A stretch of DNA of 61,556 bases, counting the filler, from Hausera hauseri (taxonomy: Eukaryota): the NCBI GenBank assembly GCA_046269625.1. It is 10 parts of 10 records of this genome, joined end to end, with 100 filler letters (N's around TTAATTAATTAA, not from the genome) between each part and the next. Parts side by side here need not be neighbours in the genome. Positions count along the whole stretch, not along the records: positions 42,985 to 55,813 come from JBJURY010111096.1; positions 55,914 to 61,556 come from JBJURY010215077.1; 8 more parts are not named here. One strand, 5' to 3'. This document shows positions 46,564-56,097 of the stretch, piece after piece (within the stretch, counting starts at the first letter, position 1; every line of letters begins with the position of its first letter). The position numbers and the translations under genes are program-made. The notes under the pieces were generated by a model that was not told the DNA's origin, made no database searches, and worked only from the letters and a program-made list of their open reading frames with translations.

Positions 46564-47204
46564 GGAGTATTCGGATTGCTATTGTTAGATACTTTGATCG
46601 GAGTTTGTCTTGTTACGCTCATAATGTTCTGTATCGCAGCCAGGATCTCCAGTGCGCTATCTTCTGAAATCGGAAGATCGTCGTCATTGTTATATCCTGC
46701 AGCGCCACAAACCATTTTAACCATTACGGTTTTCTTGCTATCATAAATTGCTTTTGGCATATCCGGAAAGTAAATATTATCACCTTCCACCAGCGCCATG
46801 TAAACACCATCCGGGAGTGCACTACATTCAAGGTTGCTCAACACCTGGTAGCTGCTGGCATCATTTATTACGAATGTAGGACTTCCATCTTGCACGTTCC
46901 AGCCGATCTCTCTGATCCCTCTGTTATCCTGCAATAGAATCGGTTTTGCCGGAAGCTTAATGCGACATTGACCGCGAATCTGATCATACTTAATTCTAAC
47001 ATTGTAAAATGTTTTGATCCAAGCATTGTCAACGGTAAATGTTCCATTAACCAAATCCTGCTTAACAGCTTTGGCAATAAATGAGTTTATCGCAACATTA
47101 ACGTATTGAGCGATAACGTTGGGATGATATTTTCGATTGTCAGGAGCTGCGCCCCCGGACAAAGAATCAATTACTAATTCAATAAAAGCTTTTTTTGACA
47201 TCAT
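46560..47204 (-). CDS. Phage ring / connector protein
   Basis: 214 aa, N-terminal ...LSGG..PD...; coupled to both neighbours by ATGA overlaps. Confidence 0.55.
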   Translation of the reverse strand: MMSKKAFIELVIDSLSGGAAPDNRKYHPNVIAQYVNVAINSFIAKAVKQDLVNGTFTVDNAWIKTFYNVRIKYDQIRGQCRIKLPAKPILLQDNRGIREIGWNVQDGSPTFVINDASSYQVLSNLECSALPDGVYMALVEGDNIYFPDMPKAIYDSKKTVMVKMVCGAAGYNNDDDLPISEDSALEILAAIQNIMSVTRQTPIKVSNNSNPNTP

Positions 47205-47995
47205 AGCCCACTAGTTTTTATGTATCTACTCCAGTCAACAAGCCCTGGCTCACGAATAGTTATACCAACTCGGTCAAGTATTGTCACAGCCAATTCATCT
47301 ATACAAATTTCCGGCAGCTCGACATCTTGGCTTCCACTTTGCGTATATGTAGGAATACCATTTACATTGGTATAATTCCATACTGGCTTCTTCGGATAAC
47401 GAATGTAAGTCAGCCTTACCGACTTTATATTTTGTGGGTAGAACTGGATCTTGTTGTTATCTTCAAAAATCGCAATTGGATATTCCTTTGTAGGTTTTCT
47501 AAGCTCGCTTCCAATCCAGGCGTATCGTTCGTTGTCAGAAACCACCGTAACCGGAACCCATTGCACCTCGTACATTGTTTTCTTAATGTTGGCTTGGGTA
47601 GTCTGAATCGTTTTACTCTCATCGCAGCACTCTTCTGCTTTTGTATCTTCCTCGGTATTCTCTACAACTTGCACCCAAGATGCTCCAATGCTACTTTTAT
47701 GAAGGTAGTCGGATGGCCTTGAAGCCAGTCCATTTTTATCAACCGTAAGGATTACAGTTGGTTTTAACTGTGAAATATAATCCGTTACCAATTGCGTCAC
47801 CTCCCATGATATTCCCGGGAGTGGCGCACCTGGTTGATATTGCTCCGGAAGTCCGTAGTACTTGCGAACAATCTTGTTCGTCAAAATAGCTACGCTGTCA
47901 TTGAAATCATTAGGGGGTATATAACCTCCGCTAATATCTTTTGCAGCAAGATATTCTACGTACCTCTTTAGTTGATCAATATTAATTATTTGCAT
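47201..47995 (-). CDS. Phage ring / connector protein
   Basis: K...GGYIPPNDFN, P.DYLH, PTKEYPI, YP and YIRYPKKPVW, typical of crAss-like/Flavobacteria phage ring proteins. Confidence 0.65.
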   Translation of the reverse strand: MQIINIDQLKRYVEYLAAKDISGGYIPPNDFNDSVAILTNKIVRKYYGLPEQYQPGAPLPGISWEVTQLVTDYISQLKPTVILTVDKNGLASRPSDYLHKSSIGASWVQVVENTEEDTKAEECCDESKTIQTTQANIKKTMYEVQWVPVTVVSDNERYAWIGSELRKPTKEYPIAIFEDNNKIQFYPQNIKSVRLTYIRYPKKPVWNYTNVNGIPTYTQSGSQDVELPEICIDELAVTILDRVGITIREPGLVDWSRYIKTSGL

Positions 47996-47996
47996 C

Positions 47997-50687
47997 TTAC
48001 AGATTAATTGAACTATACTTTTTAAAGTAGTTGTTGCTTATCTTCTCAACGGTATAGCTGTCACCTACCGCAGTCAACACTTCTGCAGCGGAATCGGAAC
48101 CAAACTGATTTCCTGCAAGCGGAAGCGCAGTAGGAGTAAACGTTACTGTGCCGGCCCCTTGCACCCATCGGAATGAAACCGGAAACTTTTTTAAATTTTT
48201 GATATTGGAGTTTACTACGATTGACGTTACGTTTTGTCCATTACATCCATACAGATAAATCACCCCTGCATGACTAAGCTCAATTGGAATAGTCAAGGTT
48301 CCGGCACTGAAGGCAGTCGCCATATTTAAGAAGCCCCATGCAGCACTAGAGTTATTATTAATACTCACAAAGCCATAATTAGCCCCAAAGGAAGCTAATG
48401 AATTACTTTGAAAGCTTAATGCTGTATTGTTTCCATCAACGGTAACACCATCTATGTCGAACGTGTCAAATGACGTTTGTACGCCAGTCACAGCGGGGAT
48501 TGTAATTGAACTATCAAACAAAATATTGACTACTTGACCATAATTGCCATTCAATCTACCTCTGATAATACTGCCAGCAGTATTCCAATGTACATTATCA
48601 ACCTTACCTTCATTCATAATTTGAAGTTGAGAAACAACGCACGATGAAGCTGGTAGGGCCGGATAGTTATTGTTCTCGCAATTTTGAATATACCCATTTA
48701 ACAATTTATTAAATGTGGCAGCCATCCCAATATTTGAAATGATTGTGCCCATCTCAAAGCTGTTACCGGAAATATTGCAATTTTGGTTTAAAGTAATCAA
48801 ATTGTTTACGGTTAACCCAATCCAGTTTTTAGATCCCGAATTAGTATCAATTGTGCAATCAGTATTCCCTTGTATATTAACATACCCTTGATTGTTGGTA
48901 ATATCGGAGGTAGTATTTGTACTAATTATACTGTCCTGCATATTGTTCGAGCTAAAGGCGGCACCAGTATTAGATGAAGTTGCGCAATTAACAAGAAAAT
49001 TATTTTCAACAGTATTATATTCATCACCAATACTACTTGTTTTTATAAAAACGTTGTTTTGTAAAAATCCTCCAGTCGGAATAGTATTGGCCCACGAAGT
49101 ATTATTTGTAAAGCTATTATTGATACACGTACCTGCTTGATTGGCCAAGTAAGCAACAGATCCATCAACATTGTTATCGGTACAAGTATTATTTCCCCAC
49201 TGAAAATAATCCATAGCATTTACCCCCGAAGAAGTAAAGTTTTCAAACGATTGATTTACCACATTGTTTCGCCTATCTTTTCTACAAGAAATATGGTTGT
49301 TGCCTAAATCGTAGAGAATAAAATCAATTTCACGAACATAGCGCGAATCATTAAAGCTAACAAGTGTCCAATTTGTTGCATCGCTATCGGGATCAGTGCC
49401 CACAGCTCCGGTGACACTCGAGTACATTTTTCCATTGAAAGCATATAACTTATTTATCGTTGGAACTCCCATTGTTGCGTACCATGTTCCACCATAATCA
49501 CCGGAAACATTATTGTAATCCGGATTAATAGCAAGATATTGGCCACTCAAACTAACAGCGTTGGTCTTTGTTCCGGTAAGCAATATCCCTCCTACTCCTA
49601 CATCAGTTACGAAATAGGTTTGACCAATTTCAATGGCGCTGCTTGTTACCAACGTAAGCAAAGCTGCTCTGGTCAACGAAACAATACCGGTTCCAGTAAC
49701 GCTCCTTGACACCTCTACAAATATTCCTCCCAAAACAGCATCGAAAGTATACCGAAGCAAAATTGCTTTGTTGTTCTGCAATATAAAATTGTTTTGATCG
49801 GTAAGATAAATATTTGGCGATGGAGTTACAGAGGCGTTTGCTGCGTCTTTAACCGTTAAAGCTTGTGCGGTGGAAGTGCTCTTAATTAATAATAAATCTC
49901 CATCAACAAATTTTGTAGCATTAATGTACTCTAAGCTGTCCGTAGCAGCGCCCCCCTGGTTGGTGGTGGTTAATTGCGTAATGGCGCAAAATCTCTCTAC
50001 TGAATTGATCGCATCCGTAGAAATAGTAGCTTCGATCGTTCCTACTCCGGTTTGAAAGCCTCGCATAACCATGTACTCTGTAATCTCAACAGAGTTGGTT
50101 AAACTTGTAGGGATAGCTGGTGAACCTCCACTAACTCCGTTAGCATCATAATCAGCATTAAGGAAAAATCTTCTTCCAATTACTGAATCATAAACACCAC
50201 CTTCGCTCGATCCATACGCAAACGCAGTTGTCGTAGCCACCAATGCTCCACCGGTTGCGCTGTATGATACAGCATAGCCATTTGATGCAGCTCCAAAGCT
50301 TGCCGGGGTGAAAATGTAAACAAAATCCCCTTGCGCACTCGCTACGCAATCCGGACCCGATGCCGGGGTAAATGCATTAATCGCTGCTGCAATTAAAATC
50401 GCTGCTGCGCTATTGCTTGCCGACACAATGGGGATGTTTGCCCCAATTTGGTTTACGCCATTCACATTAACTGCTGTAACGTTTCCGGTAGCTGCTGCAG
50501 TGGTAACTTGCAGTATTCCATACGCAGCTCTTTTTGCCGCGAAGGGAGAAACAACAGTACCAAGATCACGCATATTGCGTACACCCGAAGGTGAATTGGG
50601 TTGGGTGCTAATGATAGTTGTACCATCAAGAGCAGTCATGTAAACATAGCCAAGATTGTTTGCTATGTCTTGTATTCCTTTTGCCAT
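47997..50687 (-). CDS. Fibre/spike-like virion protein with an Asn-rich beta-helix region
   Basis: 896 aa; A..IAAAINA, DGDLLLIK and LT...LLTLV.....GQTYFVTD motifs followed by N/S/T/G-rich short repeats. Confidence 0.6.
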   Translation of the reverse strand: MAKGIQDIANNLGYVYMTALDGTTIISTQPNSPSGVRNMRDLGTVVSPFAAKRAAYGILQVTTAAATGNVTAVNVNGVNQIGANIPIVSASNSAAAILIAAAINAFTPASGPDCVASAQGDFVYIFTPASFGAASNGYAVSYSATGGALVATTTAFAYGSSEGGVYDSVIGRRFFLNADYDANGVSGGSPAIPTSLTNSVEITEYMVMRGFQTGVGTIEATISTDAINSVERFCAITQLTTTNQGGAATDSLEYINATKFVDGDLLLIKSTSTAQALTVKDAANASVTPSPNIYLTDQNNFILQNNKAILLRYTFDAVLGGIFVEVSRSVTGTGIVSLTRAALLTLVTSSAIEIGQTYFVTDVGVGGILLTGTKTNAVSLSGQYLAINPDYNNVSGDYGGTWYATMGVPTINKLYAFNGKMYSSVTGAVGTDPDSDATNWTLVSFNDSRYVREIDFILYDLGNNHISCRKDRRNNVVNQSFENFTSSGVNAMDYFQWGNNTCTDNNVDGSVAYLANQAGTCINNSFTNNTSWANTIPTGGFLQNNVFIKTSSIGDEYNTVENNFLVNCATSSNTGAAFSSNNMQDSIISTNTTSDITNNQGYVNIQGNTDCTIDTNSGSKNWIGLTVNNLITLNQNCNISGNSFEMGTIISNIGMAATFNKLLNGYIQNCENNNYPALPASSCVVSQLQIMNEGKVDNVHWNTAGSIIRGRLNGNYGQVVNILFDSSITIPAVTGVQTSFDTFDIDGVTVDGNNTALSFQSNSLASFGANYGFVSINNNSSAAWGFLNMATAFSAGTLTIPIELSHAGVIYLYGCNGQNVTSIVVNSNIKNLKKFPVSFRWVQGAGTVTFTPTALPLAGNQFGSDSAAEVLTAVGDSYTVEKISNNYFKKYSSINL

Positions 50688-52315
50688 TACGATTCGATGT
50701 TAATGTTTAAAGCTAAATATAATACGTTACTTCCAAGCAACTGATAAAGATCAGCTAGTGTCCAGGGCTGTCCGGTTTGAGGGTTGTAGAAACGAACAGT
50801 GAGCGCCCCGGTTGCACTTGCCGGATCGAACCAAAATACTTCTGCTTCAAGATCCTTTAAGTCGTTCGGTACGCCTTCGTTTGCATTATGAACTCTCATG
50901 ATGTTCGCAGTTGCAATGTAGGTTTTTGCGCTCGTCAAGAAATTTCTGAATGACATTAATGCAATATCAGTGCTCACGTTAGGTACAGATTGTCCTAATG
51001 TAGAGCCAAAGTTTGCCGGAGCTTCTGTATCAACTCCTTTTGAGTAAACTGTGGTAGGGGTTAACTGCATATAAGCAATACCCGGACCGCTATTTAAGTA
51101 AGCAATCCGATACTGCATCTGAATGATCTGATTGGTATGAATCAGTCCACCAGTCCATGAAACAGTGTATGTTATCGGATTGGTGCCGGTAGCCACCACT
51201 TGAATAGGCGATGTTCCTGCTACTTGTACTACTTGAATATTGTTGATCGCATTTTGCAATGCTGCACTCACTTGCAGCGAGAACGTTGTAGTATTACCTA
51301 CAACACTGGTCACAATGGCTACGCTGTTATCCGGAGAGTTTAATACGTAAGTAATGTTGTTGCTGTTTCCTCCACTCGCTGTAGCTTGAACAATGCTAAT
51401 ATCATCATTGCAATCGCAGTCACCACCGCATCCGCTATACTTTATTAAGCTGTCGTAAGCTTCTGCAGCCTTTGTTTCGTTACCGGCAAAAGAAGCTGCC
51501 AAGAACATAACCAGGTATCTCCATGATGGTCCAATTACATTTTTAGCGTAAAGCTCTGCCTTACTTGGCGAAGAGCATAAATACGATTCATAATTTTTAT
51601 TGATCTGTGATAAGCAGCACAGAGCTTTGCTTAAAGATGTGTCGCACGTTACTGCGAAATTCTTCACTCCCGAAGGCTGCATGATAACAATTAATCCATC
51701 GGTTTGTAAATACGTAATATCCGTAATTACTTCCGCTTGCCAATTTGTTGTGTAGATTGGCGAATAAATGATTGTAGCTAAATTAGCAGTCAGAGAGGGT
51801 TGGCGCGAAGCTGGAGGGGGATATAGTGTGTGCGCCCGGGTTAAACTCGTAATGGTAGCATACTGTTGCACATAATCAGTAATGTCGGTGCTCTGCGCTG
51901 AACTCAATGAACAATTCACCTTTGTATCAATGCAAATAGTGATGTCTTGAATCAAAAAGTTAAAGTTGAATGATTGCGTAATATCTAAATCAGTTACGCC
52001 ATCAGAAGCAAGCACTCTGTACGTGAGTGTATAATTGCCTCTCAAAACATTCCCATCTGCATCGGTAGGAAGATTGATTGGATTTACATTTGATGTTCCG
52101 TTGGAAATAATGATGTCAGGGCCATTACCACCACTCAAATTATCGTAAACACTAAAAGTAGAGGCAGATAATTCGCACTCCAGTTTAATAAATCCGGTAA
52201 TTGTATAGGTGTTGGGATCAACGCCCTGGCCAGCATAATCAGTGTTATCAACGATTCCTATCAACCCACTCACAAGGTTGAAGGTCATTTGAGGGGTTAG
52301 TGTAGTAAGTGGCAT
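50687..52315 (-). CDS. Putative virion structural protein (542 aa) with a Cys cluster
   Basis: Beta-rich N-terminus, CCL and CGGDCDC, S.D.SV.I fibre-like motifs; located in the structural operon. Confidence 0.55.
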   Translation of the reverse strand: MPLTTLTPQMTFNLVSGLIGIVDNTDYAGQGVDPNTYTITGFIKLECELSASTFSVYDNLSGGNGPDIIISNGTSNVNPINLPTDADGNVLRGNYTLTYRVLASDGVTDLDITQSFNFNFLIQDITICIDTKVNCSLSSAQSTDITDYVQQYATITSLTRAHTLYPPPASRQPSLTANLATIIYSPIYTTNWQAEVITDITYLQTDGLIVIMQPSGVKNFAVTCDTSLSKALCCLSQINKNYESYLCSSPSKAELYAKNVIGPSWRYLVMFLAASFAGNETKAAEAYDSLIKYSGCGGDCDCNDDISIVQATASGGNSNNITYVLNSPDNSVAIVTSVVGNTTTFSLQVSAALQNAINNIQVVQVAGTSPIQVVATGTNPITYTVSWTGGLIHTNQIIQMQYRIAYLNSGPGIAYMQLTPTTVYSKGVDTEAPANFGSTLGQSVPNVSTDIALMSFRNFLTSAKTYIATANIMRVHNANEGVPNDLKDLEAEVFWFDPASATGALTVRFYNPQTGQPWTLADLYQLLGSNVLYLALNINIES

Positions 52316-52341
52316 TTCGATAATTTTATGGGTGAAATTTA

Positions 52342-52377
52342 ATAAAAAAAGGAACTATCAGATAGCTCCTTTTTTAT
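52342..52377 (-). terminator. Rho-independent terminator (potentially bidirectional)
   Basis: ATAAAAAAAGGAACTATC-A-GATAGCTCCTTTTTTAT hairpin with A and T tracts, downstream of the gene ending at 52403. Confidence 0.75.
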
Positions 52378-52402
52378 GATTTATTTGCATTTTGGCTGTT
52401 GA

Positions 52403-53332
52403 TTATGATTTGCCAAGAAGCTCTTGAATTTTGTTGGCTTTTTCCTTCAAAGCTTTAAAAACCTCGTGCTGTCGATCAAATCTATTAAACCAGTCGGCCA
52501 GCGCCTTGTCGTGATCTGCATTTGTCGGGATTCGCATGATAACCTTTCCAAGATTGGCACCATCGGCTTCAACCCAATCATTATTTACAACCTTCACCAG
52601 TCCTACCTCTTTAAAGCGGCTTACCTCTTTAATGAAGTCGATCTGCTTGCTGCTCACAATATCTTTGATTGCCACCGGATAAGTAGATCCTAATCGTGCC
52701 AGCTCAACTCTTAAATCATCGGCTGTCATTTCCTCAATGTTATGAAGCTTGTGCGCAATACGGTAATCGTTAGCTGAACGCACCACCATTTCAGCGTATG
52801 CCTTCAAATCAGCTTCACCGGTTTTCTGCTTATCGAAGAATTTCTGCGTTAACTCCGCAGTAATTTTAAGCTGCTCTGCCAGCGTATCGCGATTCTTCTC
52901 CTTGCGATACGTTGCAAAATAGGTTTCTCCCTTTTCTTTCCAGTTTGGATGCTCCGGATCTTCCATCACAACCTCGTTGGCGGGATGATTGTCTAAAAAG
53001 AAATTCAGCTCGGGATCAGTCGAAGTGATGTAACCCTGGTACGGAAGTGAAATACGTGCAGGGCTGTAATCATCCCTTTTCGTATCTTGATTGTAAACCT
53101 TGCTCTCATAGTACACCAGCTTGCCCAATCGTTTACGCACCGTACTTGCCAGTTCGTAATGCTGATATTCCGGGTTAATGTGGACTGGAGCCACTTCAAC
53201 CGGTTTCAAATCCGGATCTAACAGATTTATTTTGATGTACTGCTTTCCAACGCGAAAAACCATTTTCGTGCTGTACTTTTTCAATTGAGCTGTTGATAGC
53301 TGAAAGGGTTTACCCTCTAATTCTAGTGCCAT
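52403..53332 (-). CDS. Post-capsid phage protein (309 aa; start MALELEG)
   Basis: ATG at 53332 follows an A-rich leader; FL..HP.N motif; the longer track start runs through the MCP 3' hairpin. Confidence 0.7.
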   Translation of the reverse strand: MALELEGKPFQLSTAQLKKYSTKMVFRVGKQYIKINLLDPDLKPVEVAPVHINPEYQHYELASTVRKRLGKLVYYESKVYNQDTKRDDYSPARISLPYQGYITSTDPELNFFLDNHPANEVVMEDPEHPNWKEKGETYFATYRKEKNRDTLAEQLKITAELTQKFFDKQKTGEADLKAYAEMVVRSANDYRIAHKLHNIEEMTADDLRVELARLGSTYPVAIKDIVSSKQIDFIKEVSRFKEVGLVKVVNNDWVEADGANLGKVIMRIPTNADHDKALADWFNRFDRQHEVFKALKEKANKIQELLGKS

Positions 53333-53359
53333 AAGATTTTTTTTAGTTATAATGTGAAT

Positions 53360-53387
53360 AAGGGGATCAGAATTACCCAATCCCCTT
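53360..53387 (-). terminator. Hairpin after the major capsid gene (leaky terminator or mRNA stabiliser)
   Basis: AAGGGGAT...ATCCCCTT stem with a weak U tract. Confidence 0.5.
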
Positions 53388-53404
53388 TTGATTAATAACC
53401 ACAA

Positions 53405-54835
53405 TTATGCAAACAAACGCATCATCTGATTTCCTCCGCAATGCTCTGCACCGAAGTCAGAACGCATACAGAGTTTGTTTACGTCACGACTGGTAACCTT
53501 GATTCCAGGACCAGCGCCAAGTAAACTGAACACCTCTGTTTTGCGACTGTAACCACCCAATGCACGATAAGTCATACCCATGTAAGGGATCTTATTGTTC
53601 GGGTTGTTCTTGTCCGGCTTAGAAGCAAGAGGCCAAAACAATCCAAGCTTGGAAGTGTTGTAGCCAGCAGCTCCCCACATTTTTGCCATGTTGAATTGTG
53701 GCATACGTGTGAAGCACCATGTACGGTAGCCTTTTTGAAGGTAGCGGAAATTTACCGCCATCGACAAGCCTGGATTGTCACCAAAAAGATCCGCTTGCGC
53801 TCTCTCTCTTTGATAATCCTGCATTGTGTTTTGGAAGTAAGCTTTTAACACATTGTCCTTCTCATTGTCAAGGTCGGTTCCTAAGAAACCGCCCATCCAT
53901 GCTGGCGCACCTTCCTGCTCCAACAATTTATCCATATAGTCAAACAATGGAATTGAGAAGGTTCCCGGTACATAAGGAATGTTCTGACCTTTACGTTTGA
54001 TGTAAGGATCAATACCTTCGGTAGTTTGGATCGGCTCGTTGGTGTCCGGATCAACAATGCTGATCTCAGTTAATGCACCAAAGAGAAGCGCTGCGTCAAT
54101 CGAAAGAGCATGCTCGTACTCGGTATTTTCCTGCCCTACGATGTAGTAAGCCGGAATACCTTTGCCATCGCTGTACTCTTTGAACCAAGGCTGTGTAACA
54201 GCTTGTGATCCAGTATGCTTGAACGTGCTTTTCACGATCTGCGTGTAAGAGTAGTCGATCAATGGCTTGTTTACAATACCATCGTTTTGATCGGATCCTT
54301 CGGAGAAGGCATTGCCGGTGATGATCAGCTCAACACCCGATACATAATTTGCAAGGGTGAACGGTCCTACCGTTGGGTTCATGTGCTTCAAAGTCAAAGT
54401 ACAAGTAGATCCAACAATGGAAATACCGGTAATCAAAAGCTTTGCGTTATTCTCCGGCAGGGTGATAATATCCCACTGCTTTACCGGGAATACATACTGG
54501 CCGGAAGTGTTGTATGGAGAAGTAACGTTGGTTTCCAAATAGTCAAGGTTTCCGGCAGTAGTACTTAATTGAAAAGTGTACTCATTAGGATTACCCGTTG
54601 CGGTCATGCTGTTGCCAAGATGGATCGTATTATGAATCCAGTCCTCTTCATATTGGCGTGATTTATTCTGCGTGATCGGTCGGGAATACCCAAGCGATTC
54701 AAGGATTGCGAAGAAATTCATGCCCTGGTTACCACGAATACGGAAGAGTTGGGCGCGTACTTCGGGTTTGTCAATATCGAATGTGGTGATTATCTTGCTC
54801 GCGTCAAGTGTAACTGCACCAGTAGTATTACTCAT
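53405..54835 (-). CDS. Major capsid protein, crAss-like / Bacteroidota phage type
   Basis: 476 aa; GNAFSEGS, YTQIVK, IDAALLFG, TEGI..YI..RKG, F.YL.KG..TW, SDFG...GGN; follows a scaffold-like gene. Confidence 0.8.
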   Translation of the reverse strand: MSNTTGAVTLDASKIITTFDIDKPEVRAQLFRIRGNQGMNFFAILESLGYSRPITQNKSRQYEEDWIHNTIHLGNSMTATGNPNEYTFQLSTTAGNLDYLETNVTSPYNTSGQYVFPVKQWDIITLPENNAKLLITGISIVGSTCTLTLKHMNPTVGPFTLANYVSGVELIITGNAFSEGSDQNDGIVNKPLIDYSYTQIVKSTFKHTGSQAVTQPWFKEYSDGKGIPAYYIVGQENTEYEHALSIDAALLFGALTEISIVDPDTNEPIQTTEGIDPYIKRKGQNIPYVPGTFSIPLFDYMDKLLEQEGAPAWMGGFLGTDLDNEKDNVLKAYFQNTMQDYQRERAQADLFGDNPGLSMAVNFRYLQKGYRTWCFTRMPQFNMAKMWGAAGYNTSKLGLFWPLASKPDKNNPNNKIPYMGMTYRALGGYSRKTEVFSLLGAGPGIKVTSRDVNKLCMRSDFGAEHCGGNQMMRLFA

Positions 54836-54864
54836 TGTTTAGTAAGTGTTAGTAGGTTAAACTA

Positions 54865-55813
54865 TTAATTTTGTAGTTTGATCCCTCTTTGTAAAGCCAA
54901 GAATTCGGCAACACCTTGCTTTGGATCGGGGATCGGGGTCGGGGCTGCTCCCAATCTTGGATTATGCTTTTGTTGAGCATCGGCAGCTTTTTGGCTGTCA
55001 ATCATCGTATCAATGATGTTCGACATTTCAAGTACCATAAGCTCCTTTCTAACTATGGAACGTGCAAATTCCAAGCCTTCTTCATTCGGCATGGCTTCTA
55101 CAAGTCCACTAGAAATGACCTCTTTAAGCATTGTTTCTGCTTTAGCCATGTTCTCCGGGCTAATAACAAATTCATACTTACCGGTCTTTCCTTCAACAGC
55201 CAAGTTTTTAAACTCTGCCATGACTTGCGGTAAAGCCGGTTCCCAAGCTCTCGTTTGGGCTTCAATCATTCTTTCTTTTGGCGGTGTCAACTGTTCCGCT
55301 TTGTAGCCGGACAGAAAATCTTTCGCCTCGGTGCTGTGAAGTTTGGCATTTATTCTCGCAAGTTTCACTTCCGCATTGTTTTCATCTTCGTTTTCGCCAA
55401 AACGATAAGTTGAATCAATCAGAAATTCAGCTTCTTCTTGCGACAACTTATCCTTGAACATAGCTCGTAGGACAAGCGCCTCCCTTTCATTAATTGTGGC
55501 CATGTCCAGATTGGCGACCTGCTCATAAACCTTTGGATCGATACCATCTTGTATTGCCTTGTTCAATCCCTTTACGTAATCATTCACGAAAGGATCTACT
55601 GGCTTTGCATTGGCCTTTTCCTCTAATTGGGTTACATGATCAACCAGTGCCGTAGTATTTGTGAAGCGACCTCCTAAAATCCCTTTAAGGTAGGTTTCTT
55701 CTACTGTTGGTGCTGGTGGATCTCCCGAAGCTGGTGCACCACCCGGATCTCCGCCTGAAGTGGGTGGTGCTGGAGGTTGAGGCTCTGCAGGGCTTGGGTT
55801 TCCCGGTTGCGCG
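54865..55813 (-). CDS. Scaffold-like protein (5' truncated, Pro-rich N-terminal region)
   Basis: Frame is open upstream of the track start to the contig end (AQPGNPSPAEPQPPAPP...); acidic and helical; directly before MCP. Confidence 0.65.
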
Positions 55814-55913
55814 NNNNNNNNNNNNNNNNNNNNNNNNNNNNNNNNNNNNNNNNNNNNTTAATTAATTAANNNNNNNNNNNNNNNNNNNNNNNNNNNNNNN
55901 NNNNNNNNNNNNN

Positions 55914-56097
55914 TTATATTTCCACGAATTTGTTCAATTTTCAACTTTCGGAAAAGCGGATAAGGGACTTTAATGAAAAGTATCAACTCCCTATTGCTAT
56001 CGAATTCAATCAAGATATCGTATTAAAACCCTTTAGTGGTGCAATGAAGAATTATTTACTTCTTTTTGTTAGTAAGAATTTTGAAGACAATGCTTCA
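55914..56097 (+). pseudogene. Protein disulfide isomerase b'-domain fragment
   Basis: IRDFNEKYQLPIAIEFNQDIVLKPFSGAMKNYLLLFVSK resembles PDI [39 protein letters not shown]. Confidence 0.65.

Noticed and set aside
42985-55813. Alternative genetic code or DGR in the crAss-like contig
   Set aside because: ORFs are long and contiguous in the standard code; no RT or TR/VR pair is visible.
4576-55913. Repeated TTAATTAATTAA, and apparent linkage of phage, viral and eukaryotic genes as one element
   Set aside because: These are artificial linkers. Adjacency across them has no biological meaning, and ORFs ending in X...LIN are artefacts.
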